DNA from: Octopus bimaculoides | Lineage: Eukaryota | Assembly: GCF_001194135.2 (NCBI RefSeq) | Contig: NC_068987.1 | Location: 29,242,636 to 29,276,534, forward strand | Reading direction: 5' to 3' | DNA length: 33,899 bases | Part shown: positions 1 through 12,399 of the stretch, piece after piece | How positions within the stretch are numbered: position 1 is the first letter of the stretch | How the letters are laid out: every line of letters begins with the position of its first letter | The notes under the pieces: generated by a model | Seen by the model: only the letters and a program-made list of their open reading frames with translations | Told to the model about the DNA's origin: nothing | The model's database searches: none | Translations under genes and position numbers: made by a program

Positions 1-127
1 CTTACCCATGTTTTTAAGTGAACTGAATTATTATATCTCTTTTTAATTATCACCATTATAGGTATTTATACTCCAGTGAAATAAAGAAAACAACTCGTAA
101 ATACATGAAACCCTCGAATCCATCAAT

Positions 128-297
128 ACACACACACACACACATACAAACAAACACAGTGTCACATGTGTATGTATGTATGTATGTATGCATGTATGTA
201 TGTATGCATGCATGTATGCGTGTATGTAAGTATGTATGCATGCATGTATGTATGCATGCATGTATGCATGTATGTATGTATGTATATATATATTTGT
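128..297. repeat. (CA)n followed by (TATG/CATG)n microsatellite, running into an N-gap
   Basis: Direct reading: acacacacac... then tgtatgtatgtatgcatg... Confidence 0.95.
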
Positions 298-1781
298 NNN
301 NNNNNNNNNNNNNNNNNNNNNNNNNNNNNNNNNNNNNNNNNNNNNNNNNNNNNNNNNNNNNNNNNNNNNNNNNNNNNNNNNNNNNNNNNNNNNNNNNNNN
401 NNNNNNNNNNNNNNNNNNNNNNNNNNNNNNNNNNNNNNNNNNNNNNNNNNNNNNNNNNNNNNNNNNNNNNNNNNNNNNNNNNNNNNNNNNNNNNNNNNNN
501 NNNNNNNNNNNNNNNNNNNNNNNNNNNNNNNNNNNNNNNNNNNNNNNNNNNNNNNNNNNNNNNNNNNNNNNNNNNNNNNNNNNNNNNNNNNNNNNNNNNN
601 NNNNNNNNNNNNNNNNNNNNNNNNNNNNNNNNNNNNNNNNNNNNNNNNNNNNNNNNNNNNNNNNNNNNNNNNNNNNNNNNNNNNNNNNNNNNNNNNNNNN
701 NNNNNNNNNNNNNNNNNNNNNNNNNNNNNNNNNNNNNNNNNNNNNNNNNNNNNNNNNNNNNNNNNNNNNNNNNNNNNNNNNNNNNNNNNNNNNNNNNNNN
801 NNNNNNNNNNNNNNNNNNNNNNNNNNNNNNNNNNNNNNNNNNNNNNNNNNNNNNNNNNNNNNNNNNNNNNNNNNNNNNNNNNNNNNNNCTCTCTCTCTCC
901 GTTGCTATAGTACCGACGCTAAAACACAGTGTGAAGTCGCTTGGCACAAATTAAACTTCAACTCTGCTGGGCATGCGCACTAAGTTTTAACGTTACAGCA
1001 GGCAAAGCTGCTTACTCCTAAATTCAATTCAAAGTTGATCCAAAGAAGAAATGTTAAACTTTACACATCTTCTCAACATGATTATTACACAGAAAACAAC
1101 CACCGTATTAACACACTCATAATTACCAGTATGCGCGCGAAGATACATAGAGACAGGCACAGACAAAGACACAGACACACGTAAGTCCAAGTTTACAAAT
1201 GTGAACACACATCATATACAATGTATGTTTATCACCATTTACATAAGAATCCCACTCTCGTAGTGCAACATGCCCCCCCCCCTGGCTTTTAGTTCTTCAT
1301 TTACTACTGTGACCATCACAGAATTAACATTTGATAAATTTTTAAACTTATTTTCACAAAGTGTCCCTATATATCTCACATTAATTCTCTATGTATCTTA
1401 TTTCTCTGAAGAATAACGAACACACACATATACATATTATGTCCATATGTNNNNNNNNNNNNNNNNNNNNNNNNNNNNNNNNNNNNNNNNNNNNNNNNNN
1501 NNNNNNNNNNNNNNNNNNNNNNNNNNNNNNNNNNNNNNNNNNNNNNNNNNNNNNNNNNNNNNNNNNNNNNNNNNNNNNNNNNNNNNNNNNNNNNNNNNNN
1601 NNNNNNNNNNNNNNNNNNNNNNNNNNNNNNNNNNNNNNNNNNNNNNNNNNNNNNNNNNNNNNNNNNNNNNNNNNNNNNNNTATATATATAAAAATAAGGA
1701 TAAGATCGGTATTTAAAATATTGATCTTATCAAGTGGTCAGCATGGGAATAAAAACCATCAAAGGTAATAATTATTTTAAA

Positions 1782-1785
<4 letters not shown>

Positions 1786-1817
<32 letters not shown>
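1786..1817. repeat. (TA)n microsatellite
   Basis: Perfect TA run. Confidence 0.95.
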
Positions 1818-1819
<2 letters not shown>

Positions 1820-2087
1820 TTATGAGCGATAGAGGTGTCAATTAGACCCAGAGGTTTCAGGTAATGCTGAGTAAGTGCTATACATAGACCACTGCTAAGC
1901 TCCAGGTTCGATGATTATGCGAAGAAGGGTCCAACATAGGTCAGATATCAGCGTGTGATATATCCTTATATATATATATACACGCTCACATATACATATA
2001 TGCATTCATTTACATATCAACAAAACCTTGATCGAAACGTCTGTTTCTGTATTGCTGCCAAAAGCTACTTATGTAACCATTTATATT

Positions 2088-2164
2088 GTGTGATAAGAAA
2101 TTTGTACTTCAACTATATGCTTCCGGGTTCGGTGCCAGCGTCGTAGCTTGAGCATGTGTTTCAT

Positions 2165-2201
<37 letters not shown>

Positions 2202-2405
2202 CTGTCCTTGTGTTTGTGCTTGTCCTCCACCATCGCTTACCAACTGGTGTTGATTTGTTTACATGCCTTAACTTATGGATTCACAATAAGAGACTGATAG
2301 AATGAATAAGAGGTTGCACACATAAGTACTGCGATCGATACGTTCGATCAAATCCATCCCAGGCGATGCCCCAGCATGGCCACAGCCCACAAGTAGAAGC
2401 TAAAA
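2088..2405 (+). mobile_element. tRNA-derived SINE, family B (internal (TG)n type), internally deleted and diverged
   Basis: Head gtgtgataagaa...ttccgggttcggtgcc (B-box-like), internal (GT)n at 2167-2200, body catcgcttaccaactggtgttg...aagagactgatagaat...ccagcatggccacagc; aligns by eye with the copies at 10711-11387 and 19279-19585. Confidence 0.8.
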
Positions 2406-2424
2406 AACTGAAAGTCGAAAATGT

Positions 2425-2521
2425 ATATGTATGTATAAATGTGGTGTGTGTATATATATTTATATATGTGTGTGTATACACACTCACACACACGCACGCA
2501 CACACACACACACATATACAT
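2425..2521. repeat. Mixed (TA)/(TG)/(CA) microsatellite
   Basis: Direct reading. Confidence 0.9.
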
Positions 2522-3096
2522 ATCATTGAAAAGCCTATATTTCTGTAGCGGTGCCAAAATCTGCTTATGAAATATATAGCACTAGACTGCATCTGGTCTT
2601 TTCAGAAATTGAATACATGATTATGGCTGCTGCTCAAAACAATTATTCTTCAAGCAAAGCAAAGTCAAAAAGACCTGTGCACTACTTCCTAGTAACAAAT
2701 GAATAAAAATCTGTAAATGGCTTCCAGAGTGGTCGAATCAGGGGACAGCCTGCAGAAAGGTTCGGATTAAATTAGTCTTTCACAGAACGCTTTATTATAT
2801 TAAGTGCATAGTTTGCTGCTGTTATTACTTAAACTTACACGTCAGTGTCGGTAACATTAACGCCCAGATATTACTGTTAGTCATAGGATTACATATATGA
2901 CAATTAATATGACATCATCAGCCTCTTCTACATCCTGTGAGCACATGTTTTAGCATTTAAGAAACGTCTTATTCTCGTTAGTTTATGATTGTACTACCCA
3001 ACGCTGTAGACACATTGTGAAGTTGAGTATTTGCCATTACCATTTCCTCTCGTCCATGTAGGCTACATTAAAGCAATTGTAACAATAAATGTCAGG

Positions 3097-3175
3097 AAAG
3101 AGAGAGAAATAAGTGAGAGAGAGAAAGAGAAAGTGAAAGTGAGAGGGAAAGAGTAAGTGAAAGTGAGAGAGAGGG
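3097..3175. repeat. GA-rich low-complexity tract
   Basis: gaaagagagagaaataagtgagagagagaaagagaaagtgaaagtgagagggaaagag. Confidence 0.85.
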
Positions 3176-3814
3176 ATTTGAAATGATTATATTGTGATTC
3201 GTGACTTTGTACATCGCCAGTATTTTCCGCTACCTTGAGGTGTCACGACAACATACAGTGAACTGTAAACAATTAATAATTGTTCTCTGACATCAAGCTA
3301 CGGCTTAGGAATTTTCACTTCTTGCCGCCGCATTTCGCCTAAAATAGAAAGGTGTTAGAAAGTAAACACAGCATAGAGAGAAATTCTGAGCGACTGATAT
3401 AAAACAGTGAGAGAGTTGTTATAAAGAGACACCGGGAATGACGGAAGAGAACGGCGAACGTTATATAGAAAATAGAAAAGAGTATAAAGAGTTAGAAAGC
3501 GGAATAGGAAGGACATAAAGCGCAAAAACATTTGTGTAACCTCTGAATAAAGGATAAATTGATTTTCCTTACTGTTTCTGCAATGTTTGATCAATTTATC
3601 TTACGCTTAGCATATTTAATATCTATGACGTAAAACAAGTAAGACTGTGTGTGTCTATTTGAAAAAGCTAGTCCAGTGTGCACATATTTGTATGTGGCTA
3701 TGTGTATGCAGACATTGTGTAGGTATCATATTTTAAATGTACGTTGGATTAATAATTGGACAGATAAATGATAGTGAAACACTGTGTACATATATGGTAA
3801 TATGAAAACTAATT

Positions 3815-3945
3815 ATATGTATATACATATATGTAAATATATATATATATATATATANNNNNNNNNNNNNNNNNNNNNNNNNNNNNNNNNNNNNNNNNNN
3901 NNNNNNNNNNNNNNNNNNNNNNNNNNNGTGTGTGTGTGTGTATAC

Positions 3946-3980
<35 letters not shown>

Positions 3981-4239
3981 ATGCATATAAATAGATTTTT
4001 ATGCTACATATGGATATATATATGAGTGGTGTAAGGACGTAAGTATGCTTGTGTGTACGAGGTATACAATATATACACACATACATTTATATATGCACAC
4101 TCACACACACACCCACGCACACATATCCTATATAAAAATAGATACATGTATATATATGAGTAGTCTTTTTGTAGTACGTTGCCTAAAATATACGTATTGC
4201 AAATGTATGGCTATATTTGTATTCTTATTTACGTAGTAC

Positions 4240-4276
<37 letters not shown>

Positions 4277-4708
4277 TATATATATGTGTGTGTGTGAGCG
4301 TTCCTATGTGTGTGTGTGTGTGTGTTTNNNNNNNNNNNNNNNNNNNNNNNNNNNNNNNNNNNNNNNNNNNNNNNNNNNNNNNNNNNNNNNNNNNNNNNNN
4401 NNNNNNNNNNNNNNNNNNNNNNNNNNNNNNNNNNNNNNNNNNNNNNNNNNNNNNNNNNNNNNNNNNNNNNNNNNNNNNNNNNNNNNNNNNNNNNNNNNNN
4501 NNNNNNNNNNNNNNNNNNNNNNNNNNNNNNNNNNNNNNNNNNNNNNNNNNNNNNNNNNNNNNNNNNNNNNNNNNNNNNNNNNNNNNNNNNNNNNNNNNNN
4601 NNNNNNNNNNNNNNNNNNNNNNNNNNNNNNNNNNNNNNNNNNNNNNNNNNNNNNNNNNNNNNNNNNNNNNNNNNNNNNNNNNNNNNNNNNNNNNNNNNNN
4701 NNATATAC

Positions 4709-4743
<35 letters not shown>

Positions 4744-4830
4744 TATATTCATACATATATATGTATATATATATACATACATATATACATACATACGAAC
4801 ACACATACAGAGGGAGAAAGAGAAAGAGAT
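3815..4830. repeat. Cluster of (TA)/(TG)/(CA)/(TACA) microsatellites around two N-gaps
   Basis: Direct reading; gaps at 3858-3927 and 4328-4702. Confidence 0.9.
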
Positions 4831-5394
4831 AAGAGGCGTTAACAATTGTACGTATATGAGTGTAAAAGTAATTAAAGCGTAGATTTAATATCGGTAGAGT
4901 ATAGTCAATAATGTTGTACTTTCAAGTCAGGTGAAACAACTTAATAATATTCATAACAGGAATAGCATTTCAATTTAATTCATGGCTTATCTATGTTTCC
5001 TTAGAAGAAAAGATAGTTATTCCACGTCCCCTGTTTATTCAGAGAGACATTCTAAAACTAAAGTAGATTACTTTTCTAGGAAAAGTTTTCTTCAATTAAA
5101 TGTCCAATATAAGTTGGAATAAAGTTTCTGTTTTATTTCGAAACAAATTCCATTGTAAATGCCAAAGCTGTTTTATATGAAGAAATTGTAGCAACTGTGA
5201 CCATTGTTGCATGATATATTTGTGTTTGAAATATGTGTGTTGACATAAAGGTACTTGATTATTATGATTATACATGGAAAGATATATTCGTAAAGACATA
5301 TCTACAAGCACATTGATATATGCTCATCCATGCAGACGTAAACATACTGAACACACCTATTTATAATTATGGAAGAAATGTTCCCTACATTTAC

Positions 5395-5462
5395 ATATGT
5401 GTGTGCGTGTGTGTCTGTACGTATGTATTTGTGTGTTTGTATGTATTATAAATATGTACAAA

Positions 5463-5533
<71 letters not shown>

Positions 5534-5543
5534 NNNNNNNNNN

Positions 5544-5617
<74 letters not shown>

Positions 5618-5675
5618 ATACGTATATACGTATATGAATGTTAAAATATATATGTGTATATATATATATATACAT
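5395..5675. repeat. (TA)n(TG)n compound microsatellite, repeated on both sides of a 10-N gap
   Basis: The same (TA)n(TG)n-tac block occurs at ~5469-5533 and ~5544-5597; probably an assembly overlap. Confidence 0.9.
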
Positions 5676-6109
5676 CATGTGTATTTGCATTTGTTCGTGT
5701 GTATATCTCTAAATGCGTATTCCAGTGTGTGTTTTGGTTGAATGTTTGCTCAAGTTTGCGCATGTAATGCATAACAGGGCTTGACTGTTTATGGATTTCA
5801 GCATTTAGGCGATACAAACAATTATGCGTAGGAAATCAAAGCAAATGACAACTTATATATTTTATCCAAATACTTAATTCCGGGAGTATATTGCTTCCAT
5901 GGATGAAACTGATATTTGAATCTATCATATAGCAGTCTTATTAATCTGTTGCGCATGATCTGCTTGGATTAAATTACGAATGATAATGTATTTCTCTCAT
6001 GAATCAAGCAACAATTGAAAATAAAACAAATTTAATCTGTATCCATTTTGTTCCTGTAAGAGAATGTTTAACATCACTTAGTCTCTTTATATTATGTACT
6101 ATTATGTTT

Positions 6110-6500
6110 TGCGGAAAGCCTCAACAGTAGAAACTTTCTGAATCTAAACAGTTTCACTCGCTCAGTTTTAAGGATTGATATCCAGGTTCTGTCTAAAAGC
6201 GAAATTTCCACCTTTCTTTCCAATACTTTGAAATACTGTACATTGTAAATATTTGGCTCACAGATTTTACGAATCTATTTCTCAAAATTTTGTCCCTTTG
6301 ATAGCAACATATATTGTACCTGTCCCTTGAATAAGGGATTCAACCATTGTAGGTGGGTTTCCTTCCATGCTTTTATCAAAATTTTAAATCTAAACACTAA
6401 TAAAAGATTTGCACGAAAATGTGCTGTTGCTTCATTTTCTGATCTGATCTTCACACCATTTCCGTCTCACAGATGTTGATCTGCAAATTCTTACTTCTAG
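6110..6500 (-). pseudogene. Possible very old LINE reverse-transcriptase remnant
   Basis: Minus-strand frame KAWKETHLQWLNPLFKGQVQYMLLSKGQNFEK*I loosely resembles the W..A.I.P.FKG...ISLL...FEK motif of early RT; many stops. Confidence 0.25.
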
Positions 6501-8149
6501 CAAAGCTAACGGAACAGAAAGGTTACATTTATCACCTATAAATACCGTCTCTCGAACTAACGTATACTAAACTATACCACCGCGCTTTGTTTGTTGGTTG
6601 ATTGACTTATATTTCTATCTGTTTATCTTTCTGTCTATTTATCTTTCTAACCCTTTCTGTCTCTTTTTTCATATATATATTGCTCATTTGTTCTCTCTTG
6701 GTGCATATACGTAGTTTGTAAGAATCCATAAAAACAGTAATGCTTTCATCGTTAGCTGACTTCCTGCTACTATCCATTCCCCTCCCCCCATCTCTTAAGT
6801 AAATCTATGTGTGTATATATACAAACTCCAAAACGCATATCTTCTCTCCGATTGCACCAGTCACGAACGACTTGAGAAACCTTGTGAGTCAGGCCTTTCC
6901 TACTTGAAATAAACCATTAAATAATAACAAAAGTATCGTGTACGATATTGAATGTGGTGAATTAAATTAATATAGTAACAGAGATACAACTCAACTATTA
7001 TCAATTATCGTTGAGATCAAATTCCAAGTTTCACTATATGATTTAAATAATTAGATTCTCTTCCACTCTCCCAGACTGAAACGCAGATTATATAGTATAT
7101 CATCTTGTTTACAGATGATTACCTCGATACCGAAAGACTGTTTGATTTTTAAGTGCTTCTTACATAATAAATATCCACAGAGTAATTAACTATTATCGAG
7201 GGAATTGTTTTGACATAAACAGCAATTGGAAGCGATTCAATGCTCTTTGAAGTGTAAAACAAAACCAGATGTGTTTACTCTAGCCGAATGTTTCACTGCA
7301 CTAGTTCAACAATGAGGTGTGGTTCAAAGTTTGAAAGCCCTACTCCCTGGATGAAAGAAGAAGATAAAAAGCAATTTACACAAAGAAGATACTAGTTGAA
7401 CCACCTCCTAAGTACCACTTGTTGACGTTAAAGGTTCACCTGGCTCCCAAATGTGTTAGAAAGGTACTGCTATAACTTGGGACTCACGCTTAACTTTAAA
7501 TGAACTAAATACAAATATCACATGACTACTTAGCTGTTTAAGATCAAGGACGGGCATATATTTCAGGAGAAACAAAAGAAGGCAAAGGTAAAACATTACA
7601 AATCACCCAATACCAAAACAGAAGATTAGTAGTGCAACAATAGTGATGGTGGAACACCACCATGGGTACAAACTCAATGGCCGAAATAATTTAAATAGAA
7701 CTTTACTTTCTTTACTTTTCTTGTGCTCTCATCCCCGCGCATATTTTATATGCGTGATTTGGATACTACCTCTTTTAAAGTATTTTATATCATTAGAACA
7801 CATACAACGATAATGAAATTAAGTAGGAGTGTCATGAGATAGAACTACAATGGCAAATGAAAAGTAACTGAAATAACAAATTATAAATAATTTCCAAAGA
7901 AACATTAAGAAATATTGATGGTAGGATAGATGTGATTTCACGTTCACAGATACATTCCCTTCGGCTACATGCACTTTTTTCAGTGAAGAAGTAATTTCCA
8001 ACTGTTCACAAACTTGCAAAATACTATCATTTATTTTTAGCCTGCTAATAAGGTATTTGTTAGATATTCATGACCCTGGCAATGCTTTTGTCTGAAACGA
8101 AACAATTTAGTAAATCTCTATACACATAACAACTTGTTCAACAATTGTT

Positions 8150-9380
8150 TAAATAGCCTGGTTATTTCATGTGCTAGCAAAAGGAATTGTAACAAATACT
8201 TATGTTTATGATATTATCTGTATTTTTATCAACCACGGACGGAGTTTTTATATGCTTCACAAAAGCTAAAACATTTAAGTAATAAAAAACTAGAAGCATT
8301 GCTTTTAATTAATGTCCAAGTGTATTGATGTAAATAGAACTAGTGTATAAAAACCTACCTTAAATTGATATATGTAGTGCGCCAAGGGAATGACATAGTT
8401 ATAAAGTGAAAACACTAAATTATAGGAAATTTATTGATATAAAGACATAAATAGGCAACAGGCTGTTTTACTCATTAAGTTGGAAATGTTCTCGCAACCC
8501 CATTTTATCATTCTTTATAGAATGTCAGTCGCATTACATGAAGAATAATGAGCAATAAATTTTGAAATTTCAATTGATTTTCCTTGTTGGTAATTCTGAT
8601 AATTACTCAAGACATTAAATTCATTAGTTCCAGCCATAGATTTGTGCCCCTGTTTAGTACTAATCATATAATATATCATCTGATAATTAATTTATAATAT
8701 TCTAAAATTCCAGTCGAATAACATGTATCCATGAGAAGTTTTTGCCAATCTATGCATTCTCGTTCTCACTAATAAAACATCTAAGATTATTTCTAACGTA
8801 GTGATTATATGAAACCAAACAAATATTCTGCTTGTTTTGTTATTTCCAATTAGTTTACCTTCGACACTCTTTTTTTTTTATCTCGTTATACTAATGTGCT
8901 TTTCACGAAAGGAAGAGGAATTTATTGAGGTCTTGTTGAATTTTTCTTTGTTCCTTCAAATTGCTTAAGTGAACTTCATATTACTTCCAGTTGTTTTATA
9001 TACATCGTCCTAAAACTATTTTCTTGCCACGTAATTCCGGTTTTCTCTTTCATCGAAAATAAGCAAAAGAAACTCTTTTTGCACAAAATAGATTAATCGC
9101 AATTAATTGAACAATAAATGTTCTCTTTTTGTGAAATTTCGGTATCTGTCTGATCAATAAACCTACTTTTGTATGTTAGCCGACAATACAGTTTTCTTTA
9201 TGAAGTCCTCAATAAATCGGTTTCGTTTCATATCAAATTTTGCTTTTGCAGAATGATGATAAAAATGATCAAATATGGTGGTGGCACCAGCGTGGTGCTC
9301 TTATAAATTGGAACAATTTTGGACATATCCATGATAAGTACATATAGTGTCTGATCCAGTGAGACGTAAATATTTTATTT
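8150..9380 (-). mobile_element. Decayed CR1/L2-like LINE RT remnant
   Basis: Minus strand gives LDQTLYVLIMDMSK (~9318-9362, like LD...DxSKAFD), DDVYK (~8996-9010, like YADD) and EQRKIQQDLNK (~8921-8953, like LQxDL), in RT order and with ~100 codons between the first two; many stops and frameshifts. Confidence 0.5.
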
Positions 9381-9499
9381 CGAGATACAGCACTGTGACA
9401 ACGATGAATAATGAACTGTGGATGTTTCACAATAAATGAAATACATTCATAATAAATTGAATACATTCATATCACGTTTCATCGGGAATTTGTGGATAT

Positions 9500-9668
9500 T
9501 GTTTCTAATTTTAGCACAAGACCAGCAACTTCGGAGTGAGAGTAAGTCGATGACATCGATCCCAATGTTCGACTAGTTTTTATTTTATCGACCACGAAAG
9601 GAAAAAAGGCCAAGTCTTACTCGACGGAGTTTGAACTCAGAACATGAAAAACAGATGAAATGCCGGGA
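9500..9668 (-). mobile_element. tRNA-derived SINE, family A, 5'-truncated and diverged
   Basis: gagtttgaactcagaac (reverse complement of the B-box GAGTTCAAAC), ttttatcgaccacgaaagg, aagtcgatgacatcgatccc; antisense to the copies at 9724 and 9931. Confidence 0.8.
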
Positions 9669-9723
9669 AGTTGTAGATATTAATAAATATTATACATTGC
9701 AAATATTAATCGCCTGTACGGCT

Positions 9724-9921
9724 GCGAGCTGGCAGAATCGTTACAACGCCGGGAAAAACGTGTAGCGACAATTTCGCCCGACTTTACATTCTGAGATTGA
9801 CATTGCATTTCATCCTTTCAGATTCGATCAAATAAGACCCAGTTGATCACTGGGGTTGATGTAATCGACTTACCACTCGCCCGAAATTACTAGTCTTCAG
9901 CCAAAATTTGAAACCAATATT
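9724..9921 (+). mobile_element. tRNA-derived SINE, family A
   Basis: gcgagctggcagaatcgtta...catttcatcctttc...cactggggttgatgtaatcgactta...ccaaaatttgaaaccaatatta. Confidence 0.85.
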
Positions 9922-9930
9922 AGTTTTACT

Positions 9931-10145
9931 ACAAGGCTGAATCGTTAACACGCTAGACAAAATGTTTACCGGTATACCGTCTGTCAGCACATTTTGACTT
10001 CAATTTACGCCTAGGTCGAGTTATCCTTTCGTCCTTTCGGGATCGATAAAATAACTACCAGTTGAACACTGGCGTCAATGTAACCGACTTAGCACCTTGT
10101 GCCAAAATTTAGCTGGCCTTGTGCCAAAATTTGAAACCAATATTA
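9931..10145 (+). mobile_element. tRNA-derived SINE, family A, tandem with the previous copy
   Basis: cctttcgtcctttcgggatcgataaaataactaccagtt...gtaaccgactta; 16-nt internal duplication ccttgtgccaaaattt (10095-10110 and 10117-10132); same ccaaaatttgaaaccaatatta end. Confidence 0.85.
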
Positions 10146-10957
10146 AATGTGTGTATCAGGTGCGTAATATTTGCCATGACGAATAGAACCTATTCAAATA
10201 ACTGTCTGTTATTTGTCTCTACCAAAATGAAACGCAAGTCATGTTTCTCTCTCACTGAAGATTAATCTACCAAATTGAAGAGCACATCTCTATAAACAGA
10301 ATACCGACAGTTTCGTTTCAAGAGGTTGTGTGAACCAACAAATACCTAAAGTAAAATAAATATCTATAAGGTACACAAATTTAAACTACTACTCGTTTAA
10401 TTTTACCACGTAGACCTTTGCTACAAAAGATGTCAGCTGCCAAAGAACTACAGCAGATAACTAAAAGTGCGTGGAATGTTACGTTACGACATTTTCATGC
10501 ACCAGCTTCAAATCATTCTCTTCCTATGACGGCTTGAGTACGGATAAACGAATTACAAATTATGTTTGGAATCGCCAAATTTTCCCGTGGGTGTACCTTC
10601 CCAGTGAAGCTTCAATTTTATATATATATATAAACATACATACGCACACAAACACACAAGAGAGACTGGGAGAAAGAAAGAAACAAACAAACAAACAAAC
10701 AAACAACGAAATACTAATTTTGATTGTCTCTTTGTCGAATCACTACTTACGGGTACCTAAATAAAACAAGACCGGTTGTCAAGCGGTGGCAGAGCAGACA
10801 CTGGCACACAGACACATGCATACTTACGCACACAATCTCTCAAACATATACCCATACAAACACACACACAGACACACACACACACCTATAGGTATACATA
10901 CAACTCAATATATATATGATGATTCTGAACGAATCGTTTGTCGGGTACAGATTAGTA

Positions 10958-11012
10958 ATAAGAAAAGCGATGACAAAGGAGTCGGTTATTCCTTTGTCAT
11001 CTCTTTTCTTAT
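10958..11012. other. 55-nt hairpin (23-bp stem, 1 mismatch, 9-nt loop)
   Basis: ataagaaaagcgatgacaaagga-gtcggttat-tcctttgtcatctcttttcttat. Confidence 0.9.
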
Positions 11013-11027
11013 ATATATACATATATA

Positions 11028-11205
11028 GTGGCGTAATGGCCCAGTAGCTAGGGCAGCGGACTCGCGGTCATAGGATCGCGGTTTCGATTCCCAGATCGGG
11101 CGTTGTGAGTGTTTATTGAGTNNNNNNNNNNCGAACAGGCTGTTCTGTTGATCGGATCAACTGGAACCCTCGACGTCGTAAGCGACGGTGTGCCAACAAC
11201 AACAA
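11028..11205 (+). mobile_element. tRNA-derived SINE, family C, middle lost in a 10-N gap
   Basis: A-box tggcccagtagctagg, B-box ggtttcgattccc, 3' end ...cgtcgtaagcgacggtgtgcc(aac)3; flanked by acatatata at 11019-11027 and 11206-11214 (possible TSD). Confidence 0.85.
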
Positions 11206-12012
11206 ACATATATAAATATTAATACATATATATGACAGACTTCTTTCAGTCTCTACATACCAAATTCACTCACCAAGCGTTGTCCTACTCGGGGCTAAAC
11301 TATAAACTTACCCTAGGTGCCTCGCAGTGTGACTGATCCCGAACCCTCGCAATTGGGAAGTAAATTTATTGCAACACAGCTATGCCTAGGCCAATATAAG
11401 TAAATATTTTCTCCGTCGTTATAGAAATAATTTATTGTCTATTGGGGCTGGCACTACAATTATGAGAGACATTTTTCATGTTACTCCTGAAAAAATGTCC
11501 GGCCACTCTCCATATAAGTTTGCATGAGTATAACCCAGAAAATGGTTGTTTTTTATAATGTCGCTTTTGTGTTGGTATTTCAAAATTTTGTAATCTCACT
11601 TAACTCCAGATATTCTATTCTTACTTGATGTATTCGTTTGCATTAAATAATTTTGGTAGATTCTCTCGCGAAGTCTTTCATGTTCTCACATGGTCAAGAA
11701 TTCTAAAACCTTAGCTTTTAGTCCTCATTTTTAAAACCTTAACTTTTAGCTACGATTTTTCTTTCACTGTTTTCTGCATGTTCAGTTCTTAGAGGATTTG
11801 AACATAAAGGGATATTCTTTCTGTGGGTACGTGACGTTCGGCATAATTGCTTGGCGTGACCTATTTGGCGTCGCTGGTTCCACGCTGATTAATTTGAGGT
11901 CAAATATTTTATATATCGTTTTAATATTTCACTTGATCTTTCAACCTCCCTCTTTCATTCTTTCTCTTTCTCTTTCTTTGTCTCGCTTTCCCTCTCTCTA
12001 TGAATGCGTATG

Positions 12013-12015
<3 letters not shown>

Positions 12016-12061
<46 letters not shown>
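12016..12061. repeat. (TA)n microsatellite
   Basis: Perfect TA run. Confidence 0.95.
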
Positions 12062-12062
<1 letters not shown>

Positions 12063-12399
12063 TCATATCTCTATATCTTTTCTCTCCCTCACTCTCTCCC
12101 ACTCTCTTTCTATCTATATATATTTCTGCGTTCGCGCGAGTACCTGTGTGTTTCCCTCCAGTGCCAAAATGTACTATTGCCAAAACGTATTCAATGTATC
12201 CAATAACATATTCAAAACCTAATCAAATAACGACACCCAATCATATCAATCCGGTATTTTGTAACCCCATGTTGAGCTGATTATTTTCTCTTCGCAACCA
12301 TCTCTCACTTCAAACGTCTGTCCTTTTATTTTTTTGTGTTAACTTCGTTCAAGACAGAATATATGCCTTTATTTTTATTCTGTAGATGTTTGAAAACTT

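Larger units (their letters stand above)
10711..11387 (-). mobile_element. tRNA-derived SINE, family B, with expanded internal (CA)/(TA) tract and nested insertions
   Basis: Head at 11230-11387 (gacagacttctttcagt...cctaggtgcctcgcagtgtgactgatcccgaacc...gggaag...cacagctatgcct) and 3' body at 10711-10810 (gtctctttgtcgaatcactacttacggg...ccggttgtcaagcggtgg); collinear with 19279-19585. Confidence 0.75.

Noticed and set aside
6-22. Possible 17-nt minus-strand microexon (gtaag donor at 1-5)
   Set aside because: The acceptor lacks a pyrimidine tract, the length is not a multiple of 3, and it is at the window edge.
978-990. ggcatgcgcac, an NRF1-like motif
   Set aside because: Single imperfect motif with no other promoter evidence.
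2626-2727. ttttcag followed by EIEYMIMAAAQNNYSSSKAKSKRPVHYFLVTNE*
   Set aside because: Short frame with no recognisable homology and no linked upstream exon.
43-5741. Many 60-290 aa ORFs (MCMYVC..., YIYIY..., poly-X)
   Set aside because: They are translations of microsatellites and N-gaps.
11028-11101. tRNA-like sequence
   Set aside because: It continues into a SINE body and (CAA)n tail and lacks a proper cloverleaf, so it is a SINE head rather than a tRNA gene.
11460-11950. Minus-strand WRVAGHF resembling a Penelope GIY-YIG motif
   Set aside because: One short motif only; no GIY/YIG or RT context seen.
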